This document shows, piece by piece, positions 27,604-37,588 of a stretch of 64,000 bases of DNA (within the stretch, counting starts at the first letter, position 1; each line of letters begins with the position of its first letter). The position numbers and the translations under genes were made by a program. Under the pieces are notes generated by a model, which was given only the letters and a program-made list of their open reading frames with translations, was not told the DNA's origin and did not search any database. This DNA is from Alphaproteobacteria bacterium. Its GTDB lineage: Bacteria; Pseudomonadota; Alphaproteobacteria; Bin95. The DNA lies in the NCBI GenBank assembly GCA_963665325.3, contig OZ224045.1:480001-544000 (forward strand), in the 5' to 3' direction.

Positions 27604-28761
27604 TTCGACGGCCGCGAGGGGACGTTCTCGCTCGACGGCACGGTCACCACGGGCATGCTCGGCGCGGACTATGCCCGCGGCAAGTGGCTGGTCGGCCTTG
27701 CGCTCGCGCAAAGCGAGGGCGAGGGCGACTACCGCGACAGCGATGTCGCTCCCCGCTCCAACAGCCAGACCTGCCCCTCCGATGCGGAGGGCGCGGACGC
27801 CGAACTGTGCCGGAACGCGGTGCGGGCGGGCGACGGCAAGGTGGAGGCGTCGCTGACGGCGGCGATCCCCTATGCGGCGTTGCAGGTCTCGGAGCGCCTG
27901 AAGCTCTGGGGCGCGGCGGGCTACGGTTCGGGCGAGGTAACGCTGAAGACCGCGCTCGGCGGGAGCTACAAGGCGGACACCAGCTGGAGCATGGCGGCGG
28001 CCGGGCTTCGGGGCGACCTGCTGGCTGCCCCGGCGGAGGGTTCCGGCCCGGCGCTGGCGGTGACCTCGGACGCGCTGTGGACGCGGAGCTCTTCTGAGAA
28101 GACCCGCGACCTCGCGGCGTCGGAGTCCGACGCGACCCGGCTGAGGCTCGGCCTGGAGGGCAGCTACCGCATGGCCCTTGAGGGCGGCGGTCATCTGACG
28201 CCGAAGCTGGAGGTCGGCGCGCGCCATGACGGCGGCGACGCGGAGACCGGCTTCGGGGTCGAGATCGGCGGCGGGATCGCGTGGAGCGACCCGGCGCTAG
28301 GTCTGTCGCTGGACGTCTCGGGGCGCACGCTGATCGCGCACGGCAACGACGACCTGAAGGACCGGGGCTATGCGGCCGCGCTCGCCTTCGATCCGGACCC
28401 GGCGACCGGGCGGGGTCCGTCGCTGAGCCTGCGCCAGGAGTTCGGCGGGCAGGCCAATGGCGGTCTCGACGCGCTGTTCCAGCCGGCGACGCTGGAGGAC
28501 CGCACGGGCAGCGAGGCCGCGTCCCGCTGGGCGATGGAGGCGGCCTACGGCTTCCCGGCCTTCGGCGGGCGCTGGACCGGCAGCCCGCATATGGGTCTGG
28601 GGCTCGCTACGGCTACGCGCGACTACAGCCTCGGCTGGCGCCTGACGCCGGAAGCCGCGAACGCGCCCGCCCTGTCGTTCGGTCTCAGGGCGACACGGCG
28701 GGAGAGCGACACGGCGCAGGCGGAGCACACGGTCGGGGTCGAGATTACCGCCCGCTGGTGA
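27604..28761 (+). pseudogene. Giant autotransporter, C-terminal beta-barrel part
   Basis: In frame with the upstream part once the element is removed. GMLGADY, EVGARHDGGDAETGFGVEIGGG, terminal ...ITARW. Confidence 0.88.
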
Positions 28762-28877
28762 GCCATGGCATGGGCCGATGACTGCGCCCCGGATCGGAGA
28801 CCGGCCGACACGGCCTCCGGTCCGGCGGTGGCGCCCTGCGGCAGCCTGTCCCGGACCCGATCCGGGAGCGGCTGACC

Positions 28878-29584
28878 GTGGCGCGGCGGGTCAGCGGATG
28901 GGACGCGGTGCGCGCCTGGCGCTTCATCGGCGCGAGCAAGGCGTATCGCAACGCGTGGAAGCGGCGCCGGCCGCAGCCCGGCCTGCCGGAACGCGCACCG
29001 TTCCCGGTGCGGCTCCAGACCTCGGTCGACCTCGCCGCCATGGCCTGGGGCATGGCGGCCTGGGAGGACCCCCATTCGGCGCGGCCGCTGGCGCCGTTCT
29101 GGGCCCGGGCCGGCGTCATCGAGGGACGGGTGACGCGGGATACGCCGCCGCTGGTGCGGCTTGCAGCCGAGGGAGACGCCGCGCTCTCCGGTCTGCGTCT
29201 CGCCGACGGCGCGCTGCTGGTGAGGATCGAGCGGCCGGGCGTGTCGGTCCCGGTCCGTCTGCCGGCCGGTACGGTGTTTCCCGAGGACGGCGGGCTGCGT
29301 CTCGTGCTGGAGCGTGAGGTGGCGCGCATCGAGGACGTCTGGTCGGGGTTCCCGGCCCCTCGACCGGGGCGGGCACGGGGGACGGGGACGGTGAGCTTCT
29401 GCTGGCGCTGGAGATGGAGGCCGAAGGGCTCACGCAGCGCGACTACGCGCTGCGCTTCTGGAAGGCGAAGAAGGTCGAGGAAGACTACTACACCGGCAGC
29501 TGGATGCATGAGCGCGTCAAGCGCCGGTTCGCCTCGGCAAGGCGCATCCTGAAGCGGTACCGCGACATGGCCGCCGGGGCGTAG
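28878..29584 (+). CDS. FseA-like (DUF6499-DUF2285) transcriptional activator, frameshifted at G run 29377-29381
   Basis: AWRFIGASKAYRNAW, AWGMAAWEDP. The shifted frame continues LLLALEMEAEGLTQRDYA...RVKRRFASARRILKRYRDMAAGA*. Start uncertain. Confidence 0.6.
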
Positions 29585-30224
29585 TCCGCGGGCCGCGCCA
29601 TCGCCCTTCCGGTGGCGACGGTGCGGCGGTGCGGCGGCGTGCAAGGTCGGGTTTTCGTCTGCCTTTGAGACGGAAATGGCGGGCCGGCATCCTCGGCCGC
29701 AAGTGAAAGTGAAGCGGACCCAAGCCCGCCTGTCCGTCTTTCCACGTTCGGCATTCGGGCCCGTCGGACACCACCGTGACGCATCGCGGTCCCCGCCGGA
29801 CGTTCACCGCGTCCGCACGCCGTCCCGGTGCCGGGGCGGCGGGGTCCGTCGCCGCGGCACCGGGTGCCGATTCTCAATGTAGCCGACAGCGGTGTCCCGA
29901 TCGACGCCGACGCCGGGTGTCGCACAGTCGCCGCCCGGGCCGAATCGCCCCTTCCGATATTCCCCGCGCCGGACCGCCCGGCGCCTTCCCGAAGGGGCGT
30001 TTCGGTCCCGGACTATCGGGTCGGCCCGATCGCGCACGGACGCGAATTCGCATGCCAGTCGCCGGCCGGCGGCGCGTGGCGACGTCTGGCGGCCAAACTG
30101 AGGGGCGGTTTTCGACGCCCGAAAAACGCCCCTATCCGAAATTCCCCTTCCTTGTTCCGATGCCCGCGCATGCGCCCGGATCGACCGGGGCCGGCTGTGA
30201 ATTCGGGAGAAGGAGGAGAAGCGA

Positions 30225-30488
30225 ATGACGCAGAGGGGGACGATCTATCTGACGACGCGCGAGGCGGCGGCCCATCTGGGCCTGTCGACGCGCACGCTGG
30301 ACCGCTATCGGGTGTCGGGCGAGGGGCCGGTGTTCCTGCGCTTCGGCGGGCGGGTGCGCTATCTGCGCGAGGACCTCGACGCCTGGGCCAGGACGCGCCG
30401 GCGCAAGTCGACCTCGGATGACGGCACCGGCGAACGCCCGGCGCTGCCGGCCCCGGATAGCGATCCGGCGCCGGGGGCGGCCCGATGA
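30225..30488 (+). CDS. RdfS/AlpA-like excisionase (HTH_17)
   Basis: YLTTREAAAHLGLSTRTLDRYRVSGEGPVFLRFGGRVRY; strong AAGGAG RBS. Confidence 0.85.
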   Translation: MTQRGTIYLTTREAAAHLGLSTRTLDRYRVSGEGPVFLRFGGRVRYLREDLDAWARTRRRKSTSDDGTGERPALPAPDSDPAPGAAR

Positions 30489-30811
30489 GCGCGGCGACCA
30501 GGAGAATGCCGGTCGTCGGCATGGCCCGTGCGGGCGCCGTGATGGCGATTGCTGCGGCGACCGTGCTGGTCGCCCCGGAGATCGCGCTGGCGACCACGGA
30601 CACAACCTTCGATGCCCCGCTCGACACGGTGCAGGACATCGTGGGCGGCAGCGGCGGGCAGCTCGCGGCGGCGCTCGCCGTCGGCGCGGCCCTGGTCGGC
30701 TCGGTGCTGCGCTTCAACGCGATGCAGCTGATGGGCGCGGTCGGGGTCGGCATAGCGGCCGGCGCCGGCACCGGCATCGTGACCGGCCTGGTCGGCACGG
30801 CGATCGTCTGA
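30485..30811 (+). CDS. traA: Conjugative pilin
   Basis: Signal peptide plus two hydrophobic helices; first gene before traL. Confidence 0.75.
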   Translation: MSAATRRMPVVGMARAGAVMAIAAATVLVAPEIALATTDTTFDAPLDTVQDIVGGSGGQLAAALAVGAALVGSVLRFNAMQLMGAVGVGIAAGAGTGIVTGLVGTAIV

Positions 30812-31104
30812 TGAACGACACCGCGCGCCACACCATCCCGCGCCGTCTCGACGACCCGGAGCGCTGGCTGTTCTGGACCGTCGACGAGGCGGCGGCGCTG
30901 ATGGGCCCGGCGCTCCTCGGGCTTGCCGCCAACCAGTTCGTGCCGGGGCTGGTGGCCGGCGTCGGCGGCTGGCTGCTGCTCAGGCGCGTGAAGCGCGGCG
31001 GCGGGGCCAACATCGCGCGCTACGCGCTCTACTGGTTCCTGCCGGACTTCGTGCTGCGTCTGAAGGCGACGCCGCCGAGCCATCTCCGGCGCTTCGCGGG
31101 CTGA
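30811..31104 (+). CDS. traL: F-type TraL
   Basis: IPRRLDDPERWLFWTVDE...LYWFLP...TPPSHLRRF. Confidence 0.9.
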   Translation: MNDTARHTIPRRLDDPERWLFWTVDEAAALMGPALLGLAANQFVPGLVAGVGGWLLLRRVKRGGGANIARYALYWFLPDFVLRLKATPPSHLRRFAG

Positions 31105-31114
31105 GGCGGGAAGG

Positions 31115-31681
31115 ATGCGGCGTCCGGACCTCGACCTTGCCGTCCGCCGGGTGCGGGACATCCGCCTGGCGCTGGCCGGGCTGCTGGTGCTCTCGATGAC
31201 GGCCAACCTCGCGCTCACGGTGGGCTTCGCCGGACGCGAGACCGTGACCGTGCTGCTGCCGGCAACGGCGGGTCCGGCATGGGAGCTCGGCAGCGGGGGC
31301 GCGGGGGAAGGCCGGGCCGGCGCCCGGTATCTGGAGGACATGGCGCGCACCGTCGCGGTGACCTTGCTCACGCTGACGCCGGAGAACGCGGCCCATGTGC
31401 GGCTGGCGGCGGCGCGCATGAGCCACCCCTCGGCCCGGGGCGCGATCGGCGCCTGGGTCGAGACCGAGGCCGCCCGCATGGCCGGGCGCGATCTCGCCAG
31501 CGCGTTCTATCCCGACGGCATCGAGGCCGATCCCGAGCGGCTCACGGTGGAGATATCGGGCGAGCTGGTGACCTGGATCGGGCGCGAGGAGGCCTCGCGC
31601 GAGGACCGGCGCTACCGGCTCGCCTTCCGCATCGAGGCCGGGCGCATCGGCCTGCTGCGCTTCGAACAGATGGAGGACTGA
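31115..31681 (+). CDS. traE: F-type TraE
   Basis: TM, YLEDMAR...LTLTPEN, SAFYP, GELVTWIG; gene order. Confidence 0.85.
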   Translation: MRRPDLDLAVRRVRDIRLALAGLLVLSMTANLALTVGFAGRETVTVLLPATAGPAWELGSGGAGEGRAGARYLEDMARTVAVTLLTLTPENAAHVRLAAARMSHPSARGAIGAWVETEAARMAGRDLASAFYPDGIEADPERLTVEISGELVTWIGREEASREDRRYRLAFRIEAGRIGLLRFEQMED

Positions 31682-31683
31682 TC

Positions 31684-32520
31684 GTGAAACGGATACATCG
31701 GTGGGCGCTCGCCATTGCATGCGCCATGTTCATGGGCGCGGTGCTGGCGCCCGTCCCGGCGCTGGCGATGCAGATCCTGGAGGCGGTCGACCACGCCGAG
31801 CTCGCGGCGGAGGTCTCGGCGAAGGAGGTCAACCGCATCGCGCTCATCGGCGACCGGATCGCGCGGGCGGTGCGCGCGCCGGACGGCTTCGCGGTCGAGC
31901 ATGACGCGGCGTCGGGCGACCTCTATCTGAGGTCCGCCGTCGCGGGGTCTCCGGAGACGGGGACCGGACAGGCGGTCCGATACGACCCGGTCACGCTGTT
32001 CCTCGGCACGGAGCGGGGCTTCACCTACCGGTTGACGCTGACGCCCTCGAACCGCGACGCGGCGCAGATCCTGATCCGCAATGCCGATGCGCTGCCGAGC
32101 GATGCGGCGGCTGCCGCTTCCCCGCTCGCTGGCACGCCCCGTGTGGCCGCGCTGGTCCGGCTGGTGCGCGCGGTGGCGCGGCGCCAGCCTCTGCCCGGCT
32201 ACGAAATCCTCGCCGGCCTGGCCCCCCGGCTCGATGGCCGGGGCAGGTTCTCCCCGATCGGGGCAGGCAGTTCGTTCGTTGCCGGCCTCACCGTAATCGA
32301 GACCTGGCGGGGCCCGCGCTTTCGGGCGCTCGTGCTGGAAGCGGACCGCCTCCCCTCCGCTTCCGTCGACGGCCCCGCGGACCTCGCCGGGACCATCGGG
32401 GACAGCCTGGCCGCGGGCCGCCTTGCCGCGCTCTGGCTGGCCGCGCCCGGCAGTGGGCCGAAGGGCGGGCGGCTCGCCGTGGCGGTCGTGGAGACCGCCC
32501 GCATGGAGAGCCCGCGATGA
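31684..32520 (+). CDS. traK: F-type TraK
   Basis: Signal peptide, VSAKEVNRIAL, GDLYL, TLFLGTERGFTYRLTL. Confidence 0.85.
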   Translation: MKRIHRWALAIACAMFMGAVLAPVPALAMQILEAVDHAELAAEVSAKEVNRIALIGDRIARAVRAPDGFAVEHDAASGDLYLRSAVAGSPETGTGQAVRYDPVTLFLGTERGFTYRLTLTPSNRDAAQILIRNADALPSDAAAAASPLAGTPRVAALVRLVRAVARRQPLPGYEILAGLAPRLDGRGRFSPIGAGSSFVAGLTVIETWRGPRFRALVLEADRLPSASVDGPADLAGTIGDSLAAGRLAALWLAAPGSGPKGGRLAVAVVETARMESPR

Positions 32521-33797
32521 GCGCGCGGCAGGACACTTCGGATGCCGCAGCGGTGCGTCGTCGCCAGCTGCTGCTGTTCTCGGTCGTCGCGGCGGCGGCG
32601 CTGGTGGCGGTGGCGCTCTGGATGGGCGCCGACGGCGGCAAGGCGCCGTCCGCGCCGGGCGGCATCGATGCCGGGATCGTCGAGCCCGACATGGCCGAGA
32701 AGGTCTGGACAAGGCGCTCCGAGGCGAGGCTCGGCGGTCTGGAGACCCGGCTCGATGCGGTCGCGCGCGAGGCGCGGACGGTCCGGGACGAGAACGCGCA
32801 GCTCCGCGCCAGGCTGGAGAAGGACGCGGCCGACGCGCGCACCGTCATCGACCGGCAGGCCGCCATGATCGCCGATCTCGAACGTCGGCTCCAGGCGCCG
32901 GTACAGCCGGGCGGCGCAGCGCCCGTCCCGCGGGCCGGTCCCGGCAATGACGGGTATTTCCGGGTGCCGGGAGCAACGCCGCCGGCCGGAAATGGCGGGC
33001 GGACGCAACCGGCTCCGCCCGTCTCCATGATCGAGACGTTCGAGCTGGAGGGCGGCCCGCGCTCGTCGGCAACCGATCACCGTAGCGGCCCGGAGCTGGT
33101 GGCCGATTCGGTGGCGAAGCCGGCCTCGGCATGGCTGCCGGCGGGCGCGCATGCCTCGGCGATCGTGCTCGCGGGCGTCGACGCCTCGGCCGGCATCTCG
33201 TCGCAGGGCGATCCCCGCCCGGTGCTGTTGCGCATCACGGGTCCCGCCTGGACCGCCGCCGAGGACGGTGTCGCGCTCGCCGTCGACATCGACGGCTGCA
33301 CCGTGACGGGGGCGGCTCATGGCGATCTCTCCTCGGAGAAGGTTTACGTCCGCTTCCGCACGATGACTTGTGCCGGGCCGGAACCGGGCACCGTGATCGA
33401 GACCGATGTGGCGGGGTTCGTCGCGGGCTCGGGCAAGACCGGGGTGCGCGGGCCGGTGGTGAGCCGCGAGGGGGCGCTGGTCGAGAAGGCCTTCCTCGCC
33501 GGCGTGGTGTCGGGCGTCGGCCAGGGCGCGGCGCAGGCCTTCCAGCCCCAGGCGGTGGCGACGGGCGGAGGCGCCGCGGTCGCCAATACGGCGCTCTCCG
33601 ACATCGGGCGCGCCGGTCTCGGCGCCGGCGCGTCGAGTGCGGGGCAGAAGGTCGCCGACTACATGATCCGGCGCGCCGAGCAGTACCAGCCGGTGATCCA
33701 GCTCCAGGCCGGCACGAAGGTGACTCTGGTGTTCCTCGAAGGCGCACGGATCGACGGCCGCGCCGTGCAACCGCAATCCGGCAAGGGAGGGAAATGA
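32517..33797 (+). CDS. traB: F-type TraB (VirB10-like)
   Basis: LAGVDASAG, GCTVTGAAHGDLSSEKVY, GKTGVRGPVVSREG, YMIRRAEQYQPVI. Confidence 0.92.
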   Translation: MSARQDTSDAAAVRRRQLLLFSVVAAAALVAVALWMGADGGKAPSAPGGIDAGIVEPDMAEKVWTRRSEARLGGLETRLDAVAREARTVRDENAQLRARLEKDAADARTVIDRQAAMIADLERRLQAPVQPGGAAPVPRAGPGNDGYFRVPGATPPAGNGGRTQPAPPVSMIETFELEGGPRSSATDHRSGPELVADSVAKPASAWLPAGAHASAIVLAGVDASAGISSQGDPRPVLLRITGPAWTAAEDGVALAVDIDGCTVTGAAHGDLSSEKVYVRFRTMTCAGPEPGTVIETDVAGFVAGSGKTGVRGPVVSREGALVEKAFLAGVVSGVGQGAAQAFQPQAVATGGGAAVANTALSDIGRAGLGAGASSAGQKVADYMIRRAEQYQPVIQLQAGTKVTLVFLEGARIDGRAVQPQSGKGGK

Positions 33798-33798
33798 C

Positions 33799-34371
33799 AT
33801 GACCATGGGGAAGAACTGCGCGCTCCGCGTGATGGCAATACCGGCTGCGGCCGTCGTGGCCATCATGCTCGCGGGCTGCTCGTCGGGGCATATCGGCGAG
33901 GACTGGCAGTGCCCGCTGGCGAAGGGCGGGTCCTGCGCCAGCGTCGCCGCCGCCGATCCGGCGGTGCCGAAGGCGGGTTCCGTGCAGGCAATGGCGACCG
34001 GGCAGCCGATCCGGCTGCTGCCCCGCGACATGGAAGCCGAACGCGCCGATCCACTGGCGATGGAGTCTCCTTCCTGCGAGGCGGAGTGCGGCTTCGATCC
34101 GTTCGGATGGCTCGCCCGGCTGCTCGGCGGCAGCGATGACGACAACCGCCCAGGCGGCGGGAATGCCGAACCGGCAACGGTCGATTCTGCCGCCGATGTC
34201 GCGGTCGAGGCGGTCCCGGCTGCGGAAGAAGATACCGGCGCCGACGGTCTGCGCACCGGGGAGGTCGTGGCGCGCATCTGGATCGCGCCCTTCGTCGATG
34301 CCGACGGCGTCTACCGCGAAGCGTCCCACGTCCGGGTGGTGCTGAAGCCGGCCGGCTGGAGGCTCCGCTGA
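33799..34371 (+). CDS. traV: TraV lipoprotein
   Basis: Lipobox LAGC, WQCP...CASV, RIWIAPFVDADG. Confidence 0.88.
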   Translation: MTMGKNCALRVMAIPAAAVVAIMLAGCSSGHIGEDWQCPLAKGGSCASVAAADPAVPKAGSVQAMATGQPIRLLPRDMEAERADPLAMESPSCEAECGFDPFGWLARLLGGSDDDNRPGGGNAEPATVDSAADVAVEAVPAAEEDTGADGLRTGEVVARIWIAPFVDADGVYREASHVRVVLKPAGWRLR

Positions 34372-36947
34372 TGGCGGCGGGGGCGCTCGGCCGGCTGCTG
34401 GAGCTGTTCGAGGGGCCGGAGGCGCCGGGTCCCTGGTCGCCGCCCGCCGTGCCGGCCGCGCTGCATGCGCTGCTGCCATGGCGCGCGTTCGACGAGTCGA
34501 GCGAGCTCTATGTCAACGCCGGCTCCGTCGGCTTCGTGCTGGAGCTGCCGCCCTTCGCCGGCATCGACGCCGAGACCCTGGGCGCGCTCTCCGGCACGCT
34601 GGCCGACGCCGCGCCCGAGCGCTGCACCATCCAGATCGTCCACTGGGCGAGCCCGCGCTTCGGCGCCGCCATGCGCGCCTGGGCCGAGCCGCGTGTCGGG
34701 ACCGGCGGGGCGCTGAACCGCATGGGCGAACGCCGCCGGAACCTGCTCGCCTCCGGCGGCTGGCGCCGGCTGCATGACGGCGGACCGCCCTTCACCCTCT
34801 CGGACTACCGGGTGTTCGTCACCGCCTGTCTCGCGGGCGGTCCCGGCCCGGCGGCGGAGACCGCGCTCGGCGCCTTCCGCCGGGCGCTGGAGGGAACCCT
34901 CGCCTCGGCGGGCGCGACCGCCCGGCGGCTGGAGCCGGACGCGCTGCTGTCGCTCGCCGCCGAGCTGACCGCGCCCGATATCGCGGGTCTGCACGACAGC
35001 GGGACCGAACGCCCGGCCCGACGCTGGGCGCCGCGCGATCCCCTGCACGAGCAATGCACCGCCCCCGGACGCGCGCTCACGGTCCATCCCACCGGGTTGA
35101 CCCTGCACCATCCCGAGGGCGGCCGCGACGGCGGCTCCGGGGACATCGCCGTGCGGGTGCTGAGCGCCATTGCGTTCCCGGAGGTCTGGCCGGGCTGGCG
35201 CGGCAACGCGCTGATCGGCGACTTCCACCGCGACTTCCTCCAGCCCGGCTGCCCGGTGCTGACCTGCCTCACCGTCGTCACCGGCGACGAGGCGGCGGGC
35301 GAGAAGGCGTTCCTGAAGTCGGCCCGCGCGACCCAGCAGGCCGGCACCGGGATCGCGCGATACCTGCCCGGCCTGCCCGAGAAGGCGCGCGACTGGCAGG
35401 CGGTGACCGAGCGGCTCAAGGACGGCGAGAAGCTGGTCCGGGCCTGCTACATGGCCGCGGTCTACGCCCCGCTGGATGCCCTCGACGAGGCCGAGCAGGC
35501 GGTGCGCGCGATCTATCACGGCCAGGGCTGGCGGGTGAACGCCGAGCGCTACATGCAGCTCCCCTCCTGGCTCGCCTGCCTGCCGATGGCATCCGCCGGC
35601 GGCCTCGACGCCGATCTCGAACGCATGGGCCGGATGAAGACCCTGCTGACCGCATCGGCGGTCAATCTCGCCCCGATCCACGGCGAATGGCGCGGACAGC
35701 CGATGAACCCGGATAACCCGCCCGCCCTGTTCCTGATCGGCCGCCGGGGCCAGCCGGCCTGCTGGTCGCCGTTTGCCAACGAGGCGGGCAACTACAACAC
35801 CGCCGTCACCGGCAAGTCGGGCTCGGGCAAGTCGGTGCTGATGCAGGAGCTGGTCACCGGCCTGATCGGCGCCGGCGGCGAGGCCGTGGTGATCGACGAC
35901 GGACGGTCGTTCCAGCACACGGCGGAAGCCTTGGGCGGCGCCTTCATCGCGTTCGGCAAGGACCCGGCCTGCCTCAACCCCTTCGCCATGATCGATGCGG
36001 GGACCGCCAACCATGACGGCGATTACCGCGAGGAATGCTTCGCGATGCTCGCCGGCGTCATCGGGCGGATGGCAAGGCGAAGGGGCTCCATCGACGATAT
36101 CGAGGCGGCGCTGATCGCGGAAGCCATCGCGGCTGCCTGGGACGAGGCGGGCAACGGTGCCGATCTCGGCGCGGTGCGGGGCCATCTGGCGAAACGCAAC
36201 GACCGCCGCGCGAAGGACATGGCGACGGCCCTCGGCCCCTGGTGTCCCGGCGGCGCCATGGGGCGGCTCTTCGCGGGCTCGAACGTGCCGGACCTTGAGA
36301 ATGCCATGACGGTGTTCGAGCTGGCCGAGCTCAAGGGGCGGGGCGACGTCCAGGCCGTCGTGCTGATGCTGGTGGTCTTCCTCGCGACCCAGCGCATGTA
36401 TCACGGCCCCCGGACCCGGGCGAAGGCGATCGTCATCGACGAGGCCTGGGACCTGCTCTCCGGCGAGGACAGCCGCGCCTTCCTCGAAGGCGCCGCGCGG
36501 CGCGCCCGCAAGTACCGGGGCGCGCTGGTCACCGGCACCCAGTCGGTCAACGACTACTACGCCAACCCCGCCGCGCGGGCCGCCTGGGAGAACTCGGACT
36601 GGGTGATCTTCCTCGCCCAGAAGGACGAGTCGGTCGAGCTGCTGAAATCCGAGAAGCGCATCCACTGCGATCCGGGCATGGAGCGGGCGCTGAAGTCTCT
36701 CACTACCGCGGACGGACGCTATGCCGAGCTGGTGCTGCACGGCCCCGACGGCTGGCGGGTCGCCCGTCTCGTGCTCGATGCCTGGTCGGTGGCGCTGTTC
36801 TCCTCGCGCGGCCCCGCCTTCGCGGCGGTCGAGACGCTCAAGGCCGAGGGGCTCTCCACCGTCGAGGCCATCGACCGGCTCGCGGGGGGCGGCGCCCCCG
36901 CTGCTACCGGACATTCCGATCCACCTGAAACGGAGGCAAACGCATGA
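34371..36947 (+). CDS. traC: F-type VirB4 ATPase TraC
   Basis: GNYNTAVTGKSGSGKS, IDDGRS, VIDEAWDLL, RRARKYRGAL, WENSDW. Confidence 0.95.
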   Translation: MAAGALGRLLELFEGPEAPGPWSPPAVPAALHALLPWRAFDESSELYVNAGSVGFVLELPPFAGIDAETLGALSGTLADAAPERCTIQIVHWASPRFGAAMRAWAEPRVGTGGALNRMGERRRNLLASGGWRRLHDGGPPFTLSDYRVFVTACLAGGPGPAAETALGAFRRALEGTLASAGATARRLEPDALLSLAAELTAPDIAGLHDSGTERPARRWAPRDPLHEQCTAPGRALTVHPTGLTLHHPEGGRDGGSGDIAVRVLSAIAFPEVWPGWRGNALIGDFHRDFLQPGCPVLTCLTVVTGDEAAGEKAFLKSARATQQAGTGIARYLPGLPEKARDWQAVTERLKDGEKLVRACYMAAVYAPLDALDEAEQAVRAIYHGQGWRVNAERYMQLPSWLACLPMASAGGLDADLERMGRMKTLLTASAVNLAPIHGEWRGQPMNPDNPPALFLIGRRGQPACWSPFANEAGNYNTAVTGKSGSGKSVLMQELVTGLIGAGGEAVVIDDGRSFQHTAEALGGAFIAFGKDPACLNPFAMIDAGTANHDGDYREECFAMLAGVIGRMARRRGSIDDIEAALIAEAIAAAWDEAGNGADLGAVRGHLAKRNDRRAKDMATALGPWCPGGAMGRLFAGSNVPDLENAMTVFELAELKGRGDVQAVVLMLVVFLATQRMYHGPRTRAKAIVIDEAWDLLSGEDSRAFLEGAARRARKYRGALVTGTQSVNDYYANPAARAAWENSDWVIFLAQKDESVELLKSEKRIHCDPGMERALKSLTTADGRYAELVLHGPDGWRVARLVLDAWSVALFSSRGPAFAAVETLKAEGLSTVEAIDRLAGGGAPAATGHSDPPETEANA

Positions 36948-37588
36948 GCTCCACGCGAAGCCCGGCAGGCACGCAACCCCCGCTCACCTGGCCGGACGAT
37001 CCGGAGACCGTGACGGCGGCCGATATCGATTTCGAGGCGCTGGCCCATGTGCTGGCCAACACCTGCCGCCGGGGCGGCTGCGTGCGTTCCTACCACTCGG
37101 TCGCGGCGCACGCGGTAATCGTCTCGGAGGAGATCGAGGCGCTCGACGGGCTGTCCGGGGGGGACCGACGGACGCTGGCCCTCCATGCCCTTCTGGCGCC
37201 CGCGCCGTCGGCGTGGCTCCGGGGCCGGCTGCCCGACTCGCAGCGGGCGGCCGAGCGCGTCGGAAGGCTGGCCACGGGGATCGAGACCGCGGTGCGCGAG
37301 GCCGCCGGGCTCGACGCCGTGCTGGACGAGGAGCACGGCGAACTCCTGCGATTCGTGACCCGCATGGCGGCCGCCGCCGAGCGCCGCGACATCATGGACG
37401 GGAATGCCGCCGCGAACGCCGGCGTTGCCTTCCCGCCGCTGAAACGGCGCATCCGTTCGATCATGCCCGACAGGGCGGCGGAGGCATGGCTCGCTAGGTT
37501 CCGGGCGCTCGCCGGGCCGGAAGAGGAGCGGCAGCGGCGTGTCGCGGGGGGCGTCGAGCCGGACGGGTCGGATGTCGCGCAGGGCTGA
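36944..37588 (+). CDS. Degenerate HD-fold (YfdR/YfbR-like) protein
   Basis: IDFEALAHVLANTCRRGG..SYHSVAAHAVIVS...ALLAP, where ALLHD is expected. Confidence 0.6.
   Translation: MSSTRSPAGTQPPLTWPDDPETVTAADIDFEALAHVLANTCRRGGCVRSYHSVAAHAVIVSEEIEALDGLSGGDRRTLALHALLAPAPSAWLRGRLPDSQRAAERVGRLATGIETAVREAAGLDAVLDEEHGELLRFVTRMAAAAERRDIMDGNAAANAGVAFPPLKRRIRSIMPDRAAEAWLARFRALAGPEEERQRRVAGGVEPDGSDVAQG

Noticed and set aside
29040-29075. Canonical FseA +1 programmed frameshift site
   Set aside because: The WG codons are not followed by the TTTC slippery motif and the frame continues. The observed break is a -1 at a G run further downstream.
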